Of a stretch of DNA of 40,086 nucleotides, positions 26,285 to 39,113 are shown in pieces (positions within the stretch are counted from its first letter, which is position 1; each line of letters begins with the position of its first letter). Location of the stretch: contig JAYEMY010000121.1 in assembly GCA_034718455.1 (NCBI GenBank), forward strand, positions 1 to 40,086, written 5' to 3'. Below the pieces are notes generated by a model. That model searched no databases. It had not been told where the DNA came from and worked only from the letters and a program-made list of their open reading frames with translations. The translations under genes and the position numbers were made by a program. Source of the stretch: Thermodesulfobacteriota bacterium (GTDB lineage Bacteria; Desulfobacterota; Dissulfuribacteria; Dissulfuribacterales; UBA3076).

Positions 26285-27376
26285 ATGAACACTCAATCAC
26301 CAAATCACTCAATCACCAAATCACTCAATCACCAAATCACTCAATTACTTAATCACTCAATCACCAAATCACTCAATTCCCCCACCTGCCTAGTTCTTTA
26401 TTCCGGCGGTCTGGACAGCATCCTTGCCTGCAAGATCCTTCAGGAGCAGGGGATCCATGTCATAGCCCTTTATTTCATTACGCCATTTTTTGGTTATAAA
26501 CTCAAAGGACGAGAAAGGATCTCAAAGAAGAAAGTATTTGCCGATCAGGGGATACAATTTAAGGAAATAGATATCTCTGATGTATACCTTAAAATGGTAA
26601 AGAACCCCAAGCATGGCTATGGAAAATACATAAATCCATGCATTGACTGTAAGATTCTGATGGTCCGAGAGGCCATGAAGATACTTGGAGAATTTAATGC
26701 ATCCTTTGTTGCTACGGGAGAGGTCCTGGGCCAAAGGCCCATGTCCCAGCGCAGAGATGCACTCAGGATAATAGAGCGGGACAGCGGTGCTGATGGACTG
26801 CTTTTACGTCCTCTCTCAGCTCTTCATCTACCATCCACAGACCCAGAAAACAAGGGGCTTGTTGACCGATCAAGGCTGCTGGGATTGACCGGCAGAGGAC
26901 GAAAAGACCAGATAGCCCTTGCCTGCAAATATGGAATAAAGGAATATCCGGCTCCTGCCGGTGGATGTGTGCTTGCCGACCCTATACTGTCCCGAAGATT
27001 TAAACGCATGTTCGAGCTTTGGCCGGAGTTTGATGTTAATGACTCCGTCTTTGCCCAAAGGGGAAAACACTTTCTCATGCCTGACAAATCCTGGCTGGTA
27101 ATTGGTAGAGACGAAAGGGAAAATGCGAAGATTGTATCCATGATAAGGAAGGGGGATATCAGGCTCGATCTAACAGCAGTTCCCGGACCTACAGGACTTT
27201 GGCGAAAGATATATTCTGAAGTCAATGCAGACCTTGCAGCAAGTATCCTGTGCCGATACGCAAGGCTGAAAAATCGTCCGGGAGAGGTAAAACTGTCAGG
27301 CCCTGGAACTGAAAATATTAGAACTATCAGAACCATGTCCGCTTCGGATGAAACTATCAATAGATATAGAATGTAA
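26285..27376 (+). CDS. PP-loop ATP pyrophosphatase, ThiI/tRNA-sulfurtransferase-like
   Basis: SGGLDS PP-loop (LVLYSGGLDSILA), NPCIDCK and ATGEVLGQRPMSQRRDAL, which resembles the ThiI TGESLGQVASQT motif. The only canonical in-frame start upstream of the PP-loop is ATG 26285, so the 16-bp tandem repeat is translated (NHSITKSLNHQITQLLNHSITKSLNS). Confidence 0.7.
   Translation: MNTQSPNHSITKSLNHQITQLLNHSITKSLNSPTCLVLYSGGLDSILACKILQEQGIHVIALYFITPFFGYKLKGRERISKKKVFADQGIQFKEIDISDVYLKMVKNPKHGYGKYINPCIDCKILMVREAMKILGEFNASFVATGEVLGQRPMSQRRDALRIIERDSGADGLLLRPLSALHLPSTDPENKGLVDRSRLLGLTGRGRKDQIALACKYGIKEYPAPAGGCVLADPILSRRFKRMFELWPEFDVNDSVFAQRGKHFLMPDKSWLVIGRDERENAKIVSMIRKGDIRLDLTAVPGPTGLWRKIYSEVNADLAASILCRYARLKNRPGEVKLSGPGTENIRTIRTMSASDETINRYRM
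26291..26378 (+). repeat. tandem repeat, 16-bp unit ACTCAATCACCAAATC x ~5.5
   Basis: Units start at 26291, 26307, 26323, 26339 (variant ACTCAATTACTTAATC) and 26355, with a partial unit at 26371-26378. Confidence 0.9.
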
Positions 27377-27383
27377 TTGGCAT

Positions 27384-27791
27384 ATGGCAAGAGTACGGAA
27401 AAACCTTCTTAAGATTACAGACGAACCGGATTTTGATCTGGATAACCACTTTAGAGAATGTCATTCCCAAGCAAAGATTGCGCTTACCACACCAAACCAT
27501 TTACCAAAACCCATACACCATCTGAGTTGGCTCTCCGACAGATTTTTGGGAAAAAGAAAAAAAACTCTTGCGTGCAGGATTAGAAGTATTCATAAAAACG
27601 GGTTACTGAACCCCGGACCTTCTTCAAGAACAGGTATACATCATGTACACATTTGTGGTTGGATGCATTTAATAATCGGGTCTCCATGGAAAACCGTGAC
27701 GGACTTGTTGTTAGAATTAACCCCTAAACGGATGTTTTTGACCAGAAAAGAAAACGGTGAGCCCACAGTTGAGCGGTTAGCTATTAGGTAA
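27384..27791 (+). pseudogene. degraded internal fragment of an IS5/IS4-superfamily (DDE) transposase
   Basis: Pieces in different frames resemble the conserved ...FRGEKRSN.TH.STTDP.ARL.KK...LMENRNGL.V...TGTAEREAA block. They are HFRECHSQAKIALTTP, TEPRTFFKNR, VSMENRDGLVV (followed by a stop) and NGEPTVERLA. There is no intact ORF and I saw no terminal repeats. Confidence 0.4.
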
Positions 27792-27895
27792 GCGTTCACA
27801 GGGCACCGCATCTGCTTTGTTGCCGGACACTTGAAGTACAGGAAGTACGCCTGCGTACCCGTCGCCTCGCATCTGCAGCACCCTGTAACGCTTAC
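27788..27895. repeat. REPIN-like inverted pair of GTAAGCGTT(C)ACAGGG heads
   Basis: The left arm is GTAAGCGTTCACAGGGCACCGCATCTGC. The right arm is GCATCTGCAGCACCCTGTAACGCTTAC, its imperfect complement. The left head is identical to 9027-9048 on the other strand. Confidence 0.6.
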
Positions 27896-27942
27896 AGTTC
27901 GGTGGTGCGGTAAAGCGGGCGTTGTAATCCCGTGAGCGGTTA

Positions 27943-28099
27943 GGAACGGGAGATAAATAAGTTGAACAAAAATTAATAGGATTTTTTGTTGTATTCAAGG
28001 CGCGAGGAGCGAGCATAACGGGTTATGTGATCGACGAGCAACGAAGAAGACGGCAAAAAAGACATTAATTTGTTCAAGTTATTTATTGTACGTTCCTTA
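27943..28099 (+). repeat. 157-bp foldback element, copy A
   Basis: The exact reverse complement of 37139-37295, checked base by base in three blocks. The termini are imperfect inverted repeats: GGAACGGGAGATAAATAAGTTGAACAAAAATTAAT and ATTAATTTGTTCAAGTTATTTATTGTACGTTCC. Confidence 0.85.
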
Positions 28100-28139
28100 G
28101 CTATTAGTTATGTACCCAAGACCAATTCCTTAACTTTAG

Positions 28140-29450
<1,311 letters not shown>

Positions 29451-29469
29451 TAGTGGGCGTTAGCGCCCT

Positions 29470-29539
29470 GAAACTTGAAATTGGAAAATAGAAATTTGGA
29501 AAATATGATATGAAGGCCAAATTTCCAATTTCTATTTCC
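29470..29539. repeat. GAAATTGGAAA-family palindrome between convergent serS and HAD genes (probable bidirectional terminator)
   Basis: GAAACTTGAAATTGGAAAATAGAAATTTGGAAAA pairs with GGCCAAATTTCCAATTTCTATTTCC. It shares its first 18 nt with 23893-23910. Confidence 0.5.
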
Positions 29540-30159
29540 TAATCAGAGAGGATTGTTTTTATCTGACCAAAGTGTTCCACGTGAAACATTGCTCTTAGCT
29601 CCCTGTTTTTATAGGCAATTAAGGGAATTTTAGCTCTATAAGCAACCATTTCATCCACAACAGAATCACCTATATAAATGGCTCGATCTTTCTCAACCCC
29701 CAATGTCTCTAATATTTTAAATACACCTTCCGGGTCTGGTTTAGGATTATACACATCAATGGCACAAACAATAATATCAAACCACCTATCCAGTCCAAAC
29801 ATCTCAATAACCCTTGACATTGTGGTACTGCGGTTTGTGGATACTGCGGTCAACATCGGTGGTCTAATGGATTCTAATGTGTCACCGACTCCCGGCTCCA
29901 TAATCAAACAATCAAGAAAACGGGTGTAATCCATGGTCTGAGCATAAGCCAAAGCTTCTTTCTGAACTGCCAAATCATCTCTGAACAAATACTTTACAGA
30001 TTCCTCGGCCGTGTGCATGTGTACAAAGGATAGTTCTTTATCATTCATTGACCCACGTCCGAATTCCTCAAGTATTGCATCATAATATGCCCTGTTGGCC
30101 TCTCTGGAATCCAGAAGCACACCATCGCAATCAAATATGGCTAGATCAAACCGATTCAT
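29539..30159 (-). CDS. HAD-superfamily hydrolase (phosphatase)
   Basis: Motif I AIFDCDGVLLDS, and motif IV-like YIGDSVVDE. Confidence 0.8.
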   Translation of the reverse strand: MNRFDLAIFDCDGVLLDSREANRAYYDAILEEFGRGSMNDKELSFVHMHTAEESVKYLFRDDLAVQKEALAYAQTMDYTRFLDCLIMEPGVGDTLESIRPPMLTAVSTNRSTTMSRVIEMFGLDRWFDIIVCAIDVYNPKPDPEGVFKILETLGVEKDRAIYIGDSVVDEMVAYRAKIPLIAYKNRELRAMFHVEHFGQIKTILSD

Positions 30160-30164
30160 TTTTT

Positions 30165-31304
30165 TTAAAGCCTCTTCATAATATTCTTTAAAGAAAATCC
30201 TTTTAAAACCAAATCTGAAGGAATTCCTTTTCCTTGCACCAGGACCTTATGGGACTCTCCCATTCCCTGAGGCAATAATAGCATTTTTACCGCAGCCAAC
30301 TCCGGAGAAAACGGATCAAATTTTCTACCTGAAAGTTCCAGAAAGGTCTCCTCAAAATCGAGTCCGGCCAAAAAGGCCCACTGAGGGGCATATCCAAGAG
30401 TTGAAAAACCAAATTCCTTTCCCCATCTATGTAAATCACTGAAGTTAACATGTGCCGTTAAATCCTGCTCACCCACCCTTTCGTATAACTCCTCATTTAC
30501 GCTATGATTCATATACGCCAAAAGTGTACCTCTATTTCTTCCTGGATGGAAATACTCTTTTCTCGTATGTCCATAATCTATTGTAACCACAAATCCCTTA
30601 AAAATTATACCCGCTAATTCTGAAATCCATTTCATGATACCAAGATTTGCTTCTGTACGGTAACCCTCCGGAAGATCTGCAGGAAGCTCTATTACATATT
30701 CTACCAGTTGAGAAGTGCTCAAGTCTGCAAATACCTCAGAATGACTACCATCTTCTTTGAAGTCTAAACATATTTCCTTAAAACCCGACGCCTCCTTTTG
30801 AATAAGATGGACAGGAAAAGCATCTAAAAGCTCATTTGAAATAATACAACCTTTAACAGAATCTAAATCTGAAAGTCTGCTTACCCAACTAATTTTATTG
30901 ATAAATGGTTTCAAAAGTTCTCGCTGGTAAGAGGCTGTTTCGGACTTATGTTCTACTATTATATAATTAATAGAATTAAAAATGTTCCTGTTTGACAAAT
31001 AAGATAAAATATCTTTTGCAAGATATCCGGATCCCGCCCCCATCTCTACAATTGTAAAAGGCGTACGGTCTAATATTTCCCAAAATTCCTCTATTTGTCT
31101 CGCATGTAATGCACCATAAAGACAATGTGTATGCGGACTTGTAATAAAATCTCCTTTTTTCCCGATAGGAAAATACGATCCGGAGTAATATCCATATTTC
31201 TCATGATAGAGGGCCATCTCCATGAAATCCTTGAATGTTATTGGCCCGAATTCCTTTACTTTATTACAAATAATTTTGATCAATTCATTGGAAAAATCTT
31301 TCAT
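30165..31304 (-). CDS. SAM-dependent methyltransferase, MidA/NDUFAF7-like (DUF185)
   Basis: GPITFKDFMEMALYHEKYGYYS plus the SAM-binding loop IVEMGAGSGYLA. The length and order of motifs fit COG1565-type proteins. Confidence 0.7.
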   Translation of the reverse strand: MKDFSNELIKIICNKVKEFGPITFKDFMEMALYHEKYGYYSGSYFPIGKKGDFITSPHTHCLYGALHARQIEEFWEILDRTPFTIVEMGAGSGYLAKDILSYLSNRNIFNSINYIIVEHKSETASYQRELLKPFINKISWVSRLSDLDSVKGCIISNELLDAFPVHLIQKEASGFKEICLDFKEDGSHSEVFADLSTSQLVEYVIELPADLPEGYRTEANLGIMKWISELAGIIFKGFVVTIDYGHTRKEYFHPGRNRGTLLAYMNHSVNEELYERVGEQDLTAHVNFSDLHRWGKEFGFSTLGYAPQWAFLAGLDFEETFLELSGRKFDPFSPELAAVKMLLLPQGMGESHKVLVQGKGIPSDLVLKGFSLKNIMKRL

Positions 31305-31448
31305 TTTATGGTACCTTTATTTATTTGCTATTACATACATTTACCCTGTCGAATACAGCTTTGCCGCCCCCTTTGGGGATTCAACTGAACCCGTTGGATG
31401 GCTAACCGCTTTAGGATAAATCACTTTTTTTTAATATGCAAAATTGGT

Positions 31449-31481
31449 TTTGTTAGTTTTTTGTTAATATTTTGTTAGTTT
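31449..31481. repeat. three phased 11-mers TTTGTTAGTTT / TTTGTTAATAT / TTTGTTAGTTT in the dnaN upstream spacer
   Basis: The G of TGTTA sits at 31452, 31463 and 31474, an exact 11-bp period. The surrounding 31441-31620 contains 26 G+C in 180 nt by my hand count. Confidence 0.5.
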
Positions 31482-31646
31482 TTTTTTCATAACTACCAAT
31501 ATCTGTTTTTTAAACATTTAATTAAATTTTTTAATAAATATTTTTACCTATTATTTTTATATAATATCAACTAATTAAATATTTTTAAACCAAAATAAAC
31601 AGCACTTATTAACTTTATCTTTTATTTATATAAATGGAGTAATAAT

Positions 31647-32789
31647 ATGCTAAAATTTTCAGTTAAAAAAAAGGATTTTCTAAACCCTCTTTCCAATATT
31701 CAAACTATTGTAGATAAAAAAACTACAATGACCATCATTAATAACGTATTTATTTACACTGACGAGAATCATTTATTTATTGAGGCTACAGATTTAGAAA
31801 TAAGTTACAAGAGTAAAATTCCTTGTTCAGTTATAGATCAAGGAGCTATTACTATTAACGCAAGAAAATTTTATGAAATAGTTAAAGAATTTCCTTCCGA
31901 AGAAATATTTTTCGAAGAATATAAAAACACGTGGTTGAAAATAGGCTCTGACAAAAAAGCCGAATATAAGATTGCAGGACTAGCTCCTGATGATTTTCCA
32001 AGATTTAGACATATAAGCAGCGAAAAAGCTATTGATTTAGAATCCTCAATTATAAAAGAGATGATTGAAAAAACAATATCTTCTTCATCTTATGATGATC
32101 GTAAATACAGTCTTTCAGGTATATATTTTGAGGAAGAACATGATGAAGAAGGAAAAACTCAAATACGTATGGTAAGTTCAGACGGCCACAGGCTCAGCCT
32201 GATGGAAAAATATATACCGGAAAAGGGACTGGGCCTTGCGCAAGGAGTCATTATTCCAAGAAAAGGGGCTCAAGAAATAAGAAAAATTATAGAAGGTCAT
32301 GAAAGAATGTTGTGGGGTATTGATAATAATTTTTGTTTTGTTATGTGTGGTAACGATTATTTGGTGATAAGGTTGGTTGAAGGCAAATTTCCAGATTATC
32401 GTGATATAATACCAAAAAGTAAAGACCGTTACTTAACCTTTGACAGACTAGAAGTATTTAATGTACTAAAACGTATATCAATTCTCTCTTCCAATACTAC
32501 TTTCAGAGGAGTTAAAGCTAGTGTTACACCAGAATTAATTGAAATAGAGTCATTATATAAGGAAATTGGGGAAGCAAAGGAAACTATTGAGATAGATTAT
32601 CATGGAGAACCATTTGAAATCGCTTTGAATGCAAAATATCTTATGGATGCCTTATCTGTAATGGATTCGGACAGGGTAGAATTAACTGCCAACAACCCTG
32701 AATCTCCATGTTTGTTGAGAGGTAATGAAGATGTCGGATTTTTAGGATTAATAATGCCTATGAATCTTGTTAATGAGGAAAGCAAATAA
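31647..32789 (+). CDS. dnaN: DNA polymerase III beta sliding clamp
   Basis: 380 aa. It begins MLKFSVKKKDFLNPLSNIQTIVDKK and ends with a clamp-typical GLIMPMNL. The SD is GGAG, 8 nt upstream. It lies directly before gyrB. Confidence 0.9.
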   Translation: MLKFSVKKKDFLNPLSNIQTIVDKKTTMTIINNVFIYTDENHLFIEATDLEISYKSKIPCSVIDQGAITINARKFYEIVKEFPSEEIFFEEYKNTWLKIGSDKKAEYKIAGLAPDDFPRFRHISSEKAIDLESSIIKEMIEKTISSSSYDDRKYSLSGIYFEEEHDEEGKTQIRMVSSDGHRLSLMEKYIPEKGLGLAQGVIIPRKGAQEIRKIIEGHERMLWGIDNNFCFVMCGNDYLVIRLVEGKFPDYRDIIPKSKDRYLTFDRLEVFNVLKRISILSSNTTFRGVKASVTPELIEIESLYKEIGEAKETIEIDYHGEPFEIALNAKYLMDALSVMDSDRVELTANNPESPCLLRGNEDVGFLGLIMPMNLVNEESK

Positions 32790-32806
32790 AAGGACTATCA
32801 ATTTAG

Positions 32807-35230
<2,424 letters not shown>

Positions 35231-35257
35231 TTCACAAAAACCTCATAAGGGGATATT

Positions 35258-35464
35258 TTGATGGAGTGTCAAAAGGAAGAAAATATAAAAAGGTGCAACT
35301 GTACATATGAACCATGTCCAAGAAAAGGTATATGCTGCGAGTGTATACAATATCACCTAAAAATGCGTCAGCTCCCGGCCTGCTGTTTTCCATCTGAGGC
35401 AGAGCTTACTTATGACAGGAGCTTTGAGTTGTTTGCAAAGCTCGTACAGGAGGGAACTATATAA
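35258..35464 (+). CDS. small cysteine-rich protein (DUF6485-like)
   Basis: 68 aa with RCNCTYEPCPRKGICCECIQYHLKMRQLPACCF and an AAGGGGA SD upstream. The family assignment is from memory of similar Cys patterns. Confidence 0.55.
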   Translation: MMECQKEENIKRCNCTYEPCPRKGICCECIQYHLKMRQLPACCFPSEAELTYDRSFELFAKLVQEGTI

Positions 35465-36740
35465 TTTTACCTACCAGATCATAAATATGAGAATCTGTTA
35501 TTTTCACAGATACTATCTCTCCGCAGCCAGCGGTCCCTTCGTTTATATAGACTATCCCGTCAATCTCCGGGGCCTGATATCTGGTTCTTCCAACTAGAAG
35601 AAGCTCTGTTTCGGGGCTCACTCCTTCAACAAGCACCGGTTCAACTCTGCCAATCATACCTGAATTCTTAGCTCTGGATATCCTGGCTTGAATGGTCATG
35701 ATTTCATCTTTTCGGGCCATTGCAGTTTCTAAGGATACTTTTCCTGGCAATTTGTTTGCCATACACTCTTTTTCATCAGAATATACAAAACAACCAAGGT
35801 GCTCAAACTCCCACTTTTCCACAAACTCCCTTAATTTTTCAAAATCATCTTCGGTCTCCCCGGGAAAACCCACCATAACCGTTGTTCTAATAGCAGCATA
35901 AGGGAGCAACTTATTTATCCGAGACATTAAATCCTCAAGGGCCTTGCTGTCATATCTTCTTCCCATAGACCTGAGAATATTAGTGCTTGCATGTTGAATG
36001 GGGATATCCAGATAGGGACAAATGGCAGTATTTGAAGCAATAGTTTCAAGAAGTCTGATAGTTACTTTGCCCGGGTACAGATAGAGCAATCGAAACCACG
36101 GCAAATCGGTTTCTCCGGCCAGAGCTTCCAACAGATCAGGAAGAATATTTTCATCATTCCTGTATGCTGTGAGATCCTGGGCCACCAGTGTTACTTCCTT
36201 AACTCCTTTTGTGGTCAGGGAGTTAACCTCCGACACTATCTCCGTAACAGAGCGGGATGTTTCATTGCCTCTTAACATTGGAATCAGGCAGTAAGTACAT
36301 CGATTCGAGCAACCTTCCGAGATCTTGATGTAGGCCCTCCATGGAGGGGTTGTCAGCATCCTGAGTTCCGGCGACTGCACCGGGTGTTGGGCAGTATAGT
36401 CCTCAATAAGCATTGCGAGTGATTGGGGCGACCCTGTGCCGAGAAAAAAGTCAACCTCAGGCAGTTCCTTTTTTAGATCGTCGCCGTATCTCTGAACCAT
36501 ACAGCCCATAACCACTAAGACCTGACTAGCCGTTTTTTCCTTTGCCACTGCCAGAATTGTATCTATGGACTCGGATACAGCCTCTTCTATAAATCCGCAG
36601 GTGTTTACTATCAGCAAATCCGCTTCTTGGGGATTATTTGTGAGCTTCAGTCCCGAGTTTGTTGATCCAAGGGAGCCCAGAGCTACCTCGGTGTCTATGG
36701 TGTTCTTGGGACAACCAAGGCTTATGGCAAAGACTTTCAT
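35457..36740 (-). CDS. rimO: ribosomal protein S12 methylthiotransferase RimO (MiaB-family radical SAM)
   Basis: N-terminal [17 protein letters not shown], the radical-SAM motif CSNRCTYC and a C-terminal TRAM domain. The ATG at 36740 overlaps the panD stop (ATGA). The track opens at 36752. Confidence 0.8.
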   Translation of the reverse strand: MKVFAISLGCPKNTIDTEVALGSLGSTNSGLKLTNNPQEADLLIVNTCGFIEEAVSESIDTILAVAKEKTASQVLVVMGCMVQRYGDDLKKELPEVDFFLGTGSPQSLAMLIEDYTAQHPVQSPELRMLTTPPWRAYIKISEGCSNRCTYCLIPMLRGNETSRSVTEIVSEVNSLTTKGVKEVTLVAQDLTAYRNDENILPDLLEALAGETDLPWFRLLYLYPGKVTIRLLETIASNTAICPYLDIPIQHASTNILRSMGRRYDSKALEDLMSRINKLLPYAAIRTTVMVGFPGETEDDFEKLREFVEKWEFEHLGCFVYSDEKECMANKLPGKVSLETAMARKDEIMTIQARISRAKNSGMIGRVEPVLVEGVSPETELLLVGRTRYQAPEIDGIVYINEGTAGCGEIVSVKITDSHIYDLVGKII

Positions 36741-37114
36741 TCTTCCTGCCACGGCACCTCAGTTCGCTCTTTCAACTTATTTTTCGCATCCACCCAGACC
36801 AGGATACTTTTGCCGTCAGCTATTTCGTCTTCAGAATACAAACCATAGGATGCTATAATTATCCGGTCGCCGGATGATCCTTTTCTGGCTGCAGCCCCAT
36901 TAAGGCATATATAGCCTGAGCCTCTTTTACTTTCTATGACATAGGTGTCAAACCTGCTGCCATTTGAAATGTTATAGACCATTATCCGCTCAAAAGGCAA
37001 AAGGTCAGCAGCCTCCATCAAGCCGGAGTCTATAGTAATACTTCCTTCGTAATTAAGGTCTGCCTCAGTGATTGTGGCCCTATGGATTTTTGATTTAAGC
37101 ATTGATCGTAACAT
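36737..37114 (-). CDS. panD: aspartate 1-decarboxylase
   Basis: [29 protein letters not shown] includes the self-processing Gly-Ser site. At 126 aa it matches the length of E. coli PanD. The 18 extra N-terminal codons of the track ORF fall inside repeat copy B. Confidence 0.9.
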   Translation of the reverse strand: MLRSMLKSKIHRATITEADLNYEGSITIDSGLMEAADLLPFERIMVYNISNGSRFDTYVIESKRGSGYICLNGAAARKGSSGDRIIIASYGLYSEDEIADGKSILVWVDAKNKLKERTEVPWQEE

Positions 37115-37138
37115 ATCTTTAGTCCGTTTAACTGAATT

Positions 37139-37295
37139 TAAGGAACGTACAATAAATAACTTGAACAAATTAATGTCTTTTTTGCCGTCTTCTTCGTTGC
37201 TCGTCGATCACATAACCCGTTATGCTCGCTCCTCGCGCCTTGAATACAACAAAAAATCCTATTAATTTTTGTTCAACTTATTTATCTCCCGTTCC
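37139..37295 (-). repeat. 157-bp foldback element, copy B
   Basis: The exact reverse complement of 27943-28099. It lies in the panC-panD spacer and ends 24 nt upstream of the panD ATG. Confidence 0.85.
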
Positions 37296-37381
37296 TCAAG
37301 TGCCTAAAGTTTAGGTAACTCCGCTATATTTTTGTATTGTTCCAATTTCCAATTCCGCAAACAATTATCTTTACCCGCATT

Positions 37382-38227
37382 TTACTGTTTAAGCAAGGTG
37401 TTGTCGATTAGACGAGTTTTCCCAACCCATACTGCCAGGGCGAGAAGGGTCTCACCAACAATCTCCCGGCACGGCTTCAGGCTCTCAGGGTCTCCGAGAA
37501 AAATATAGTCAATCTTTGTGTTGCTAAATGATTGGATGGAGTTTCTTACTGCTTGGATAATTTTCGGACCGGACCGGCTGCCTTGGGCCACCATTTTTTC
37601 AGCCAGGCGGAGTGCCTGAACAAGGGAAAGGGCTGATTCGCGTTCTTGTGCATCAAGATAGGTATTGCGGGAACTCATTGCCAGACCGTCGGGTTCTCTG
37701 ACTATAGGATGGGCTATTATATTAACCGGTATATTCAGGTCCCTCACCATACGGCGAATGACCTGGAGTTGTTGAAAGTCCTTCTGACCGAAGATTGCCA
37801 TGTCCGGCTGCACAACAATGAGGAGCTTGGCAACTATTGTGGCTACACCGCGGAAATGTTCAGGCCTTGATGCGCCACAAAGCCCTTGACTTAAACCTTC
37901 GACCTGGATCCATGTCTGGAAACCGGGTGGATAGATGTTTTTGGCATCAGGACAAAACAGGCATCTGACACCTTCGTCCTCAGCACACTTCGCGTCTTGT
38001 TCAAGGTTTCTTGGGTAGTGGTTCAGGTCTTCATTCGGGCCGAACTGGGCAGGGTTTACAAACAGGCTTACCACCACATGGTCCGCCTTGCTTCCAGCCG
38101 CTCTCATCAGGGAAAGGTGGCCTTCATGGAAAAAGCCCATAGTGGGAACCAGGACCACAGACAACCCTTTCTGCTTCCACTCGATGACCAGTTTTCTCAT
38201 GCCGGATATAGAGTTAATAATTTTCAT
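37382..38227 (-). CDS. panC: pantoate--beta-alanine ligase
   Basis: VPTMGFFHEGHLSL (HxGH), FGQKDFQQ and AMSSRN. Confidence 0.9.
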   Translation of the reverse strand: MKIINSISGMRKLVIEWKQKGLSVVLVPTMGFFHEGHLSLMRAAGSKADHVVVSLFVNPAQFGPNEDLNHYPRNLEQDAKCAEDEGVRCLFCPDAKNIYPPGFQTWIQVEGLSQGLCGASRPEHFRGVATIVAKLLIVVQPDMAIFGQKDFQQLQVIRRMVRDLNIPVNIIAHPIVREPDGLAMSSRNTYLDAQERESALSLVQALRLAEKMVAQGSRSGPKIIQAVRNSIQSFSNTKIDYIFLGDPESLKPCREIVGETLLALAVWVGKTRLIDNTLLKQ

Positions 38228-39113
38228 TTATGGAACATGCACCACCTTCTGTTTCGAAAGGATCTTTCGGATTTCCATCCAGTAAGGGCATTTCCCTGAA
38301 ACAGGTATTTTGAATGTAGTTTATGATATTTCGCTCACTCTCGATGAAGGTCAATCCATCATGATCCTTGGCTATCAATACCGGAACAGAGTCAATACCC
38401 AGTATTTTCAGGGCGGCAGTGTTTATTTCAGGTAAATATTTGTTATTAGCGTTTAATCCCGGAAGCAGGTCAGAACTTATTTTTTTAATTGGGTTGAAGT
38501 GAAATTCGCACCGTGTGCATCCTTCCAGTGCCTCTATGACCTTGTAGCAGTGAGGGCAATCTTCTGAAAAGATTAAATAGAGTTGTTTAACCGGATCTGA
38601 GCATCTCCTTACAGTATATGTCCCATTGTCCAGAGTGAGTCCGTGTAGGGGGTCTTTTGCGGCATCAAAATTTAACAGAGAAAACATGACCAACTGTGTC
38701 ACAACTGTTACTAATCCCAATGCTAGTTGTCGTAAACCCATAAAGCTGTTCAGAATTACCACCAGAAGAAAGATAAGTAGGCAGTAAGAACAGAATGCGT
38801 TAGCAACAAAAGTCTGGTATCCCAGCAATATCCCTTCGGCCCCAAGACCGGAAATAAGTACGATGCGGAGCAGGTACTCTGTCCCTGATCGGTATTTTGT
38901 TGTTATGGCAGCACAGAATATGGCAAAGAAATATGCAGCACCTAACAAATTAAAATAAAAAGGTGGGATAAGTGTCAAAGCTTCTACTATTCTACAGCCT
39001 TTATTAACGCAGAAGGCATCTCCTTTGAATACTATTAGTAGTGCTTGGGTAATTGTGACAACACAGGCAAGGAGTGACAGGTAAATTACTCCCTGGAGCG
39101 ATCTGAGTTTCAT
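38214..39113 (-). CDS. VKOR-family membrane oxidoreductase fused to a thioredoxin-like domain
   Basis: Multiple TM helices. A loop cysteine pair FCVNKGC, an intramembrane CxxC (FCSYCLL) and a C-terminal soluble domain with CPHC (SEDCPHCYKVIEAL). Confidence 0.65.
   Translation of the reverse strand: MKLRSLQGVIYLSLLACVVTITQALLIVFKGDAFCVNKGCRIVEALTLIPPFYFNLLGAAYFFAIFCAAITTKYRSGTEYLLRIVLISGLGAEGILLGYQTFVANAFCSYCLLIFLLVVILNSFMGLRQLALGLVTVVTQLVMFSLLNFDAAKDPLHGLTLDNGTYTVRRCSDPVKQLYLIFSEDCPHCYKVIEALEGCTRCEFHFNPIKKISSDLLPGLNANNKYLPEINTAALKILGIDSVPVLIAKDHDGLTFIESERNIINYIQNTCFREMPLLDGNPKDPFETEGGACSINENY

Noticed and set aside
26291-26378. The 16-bp tandem repeat as a CRISPR array
   Set aside because: The units are contiguous with no spacers, are far shorter than CRISPR repeats, and there are no cas genes.
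37115-37168. 18-codon N-terminal extension of panD in the ORF track ([18 protein letters not shown])
   Set aside because: It is encoded by repeat copy B. The canonical PanD N-terminus ([16 protein letters not shown]) starts at 37114, giving the expected 126 aa.
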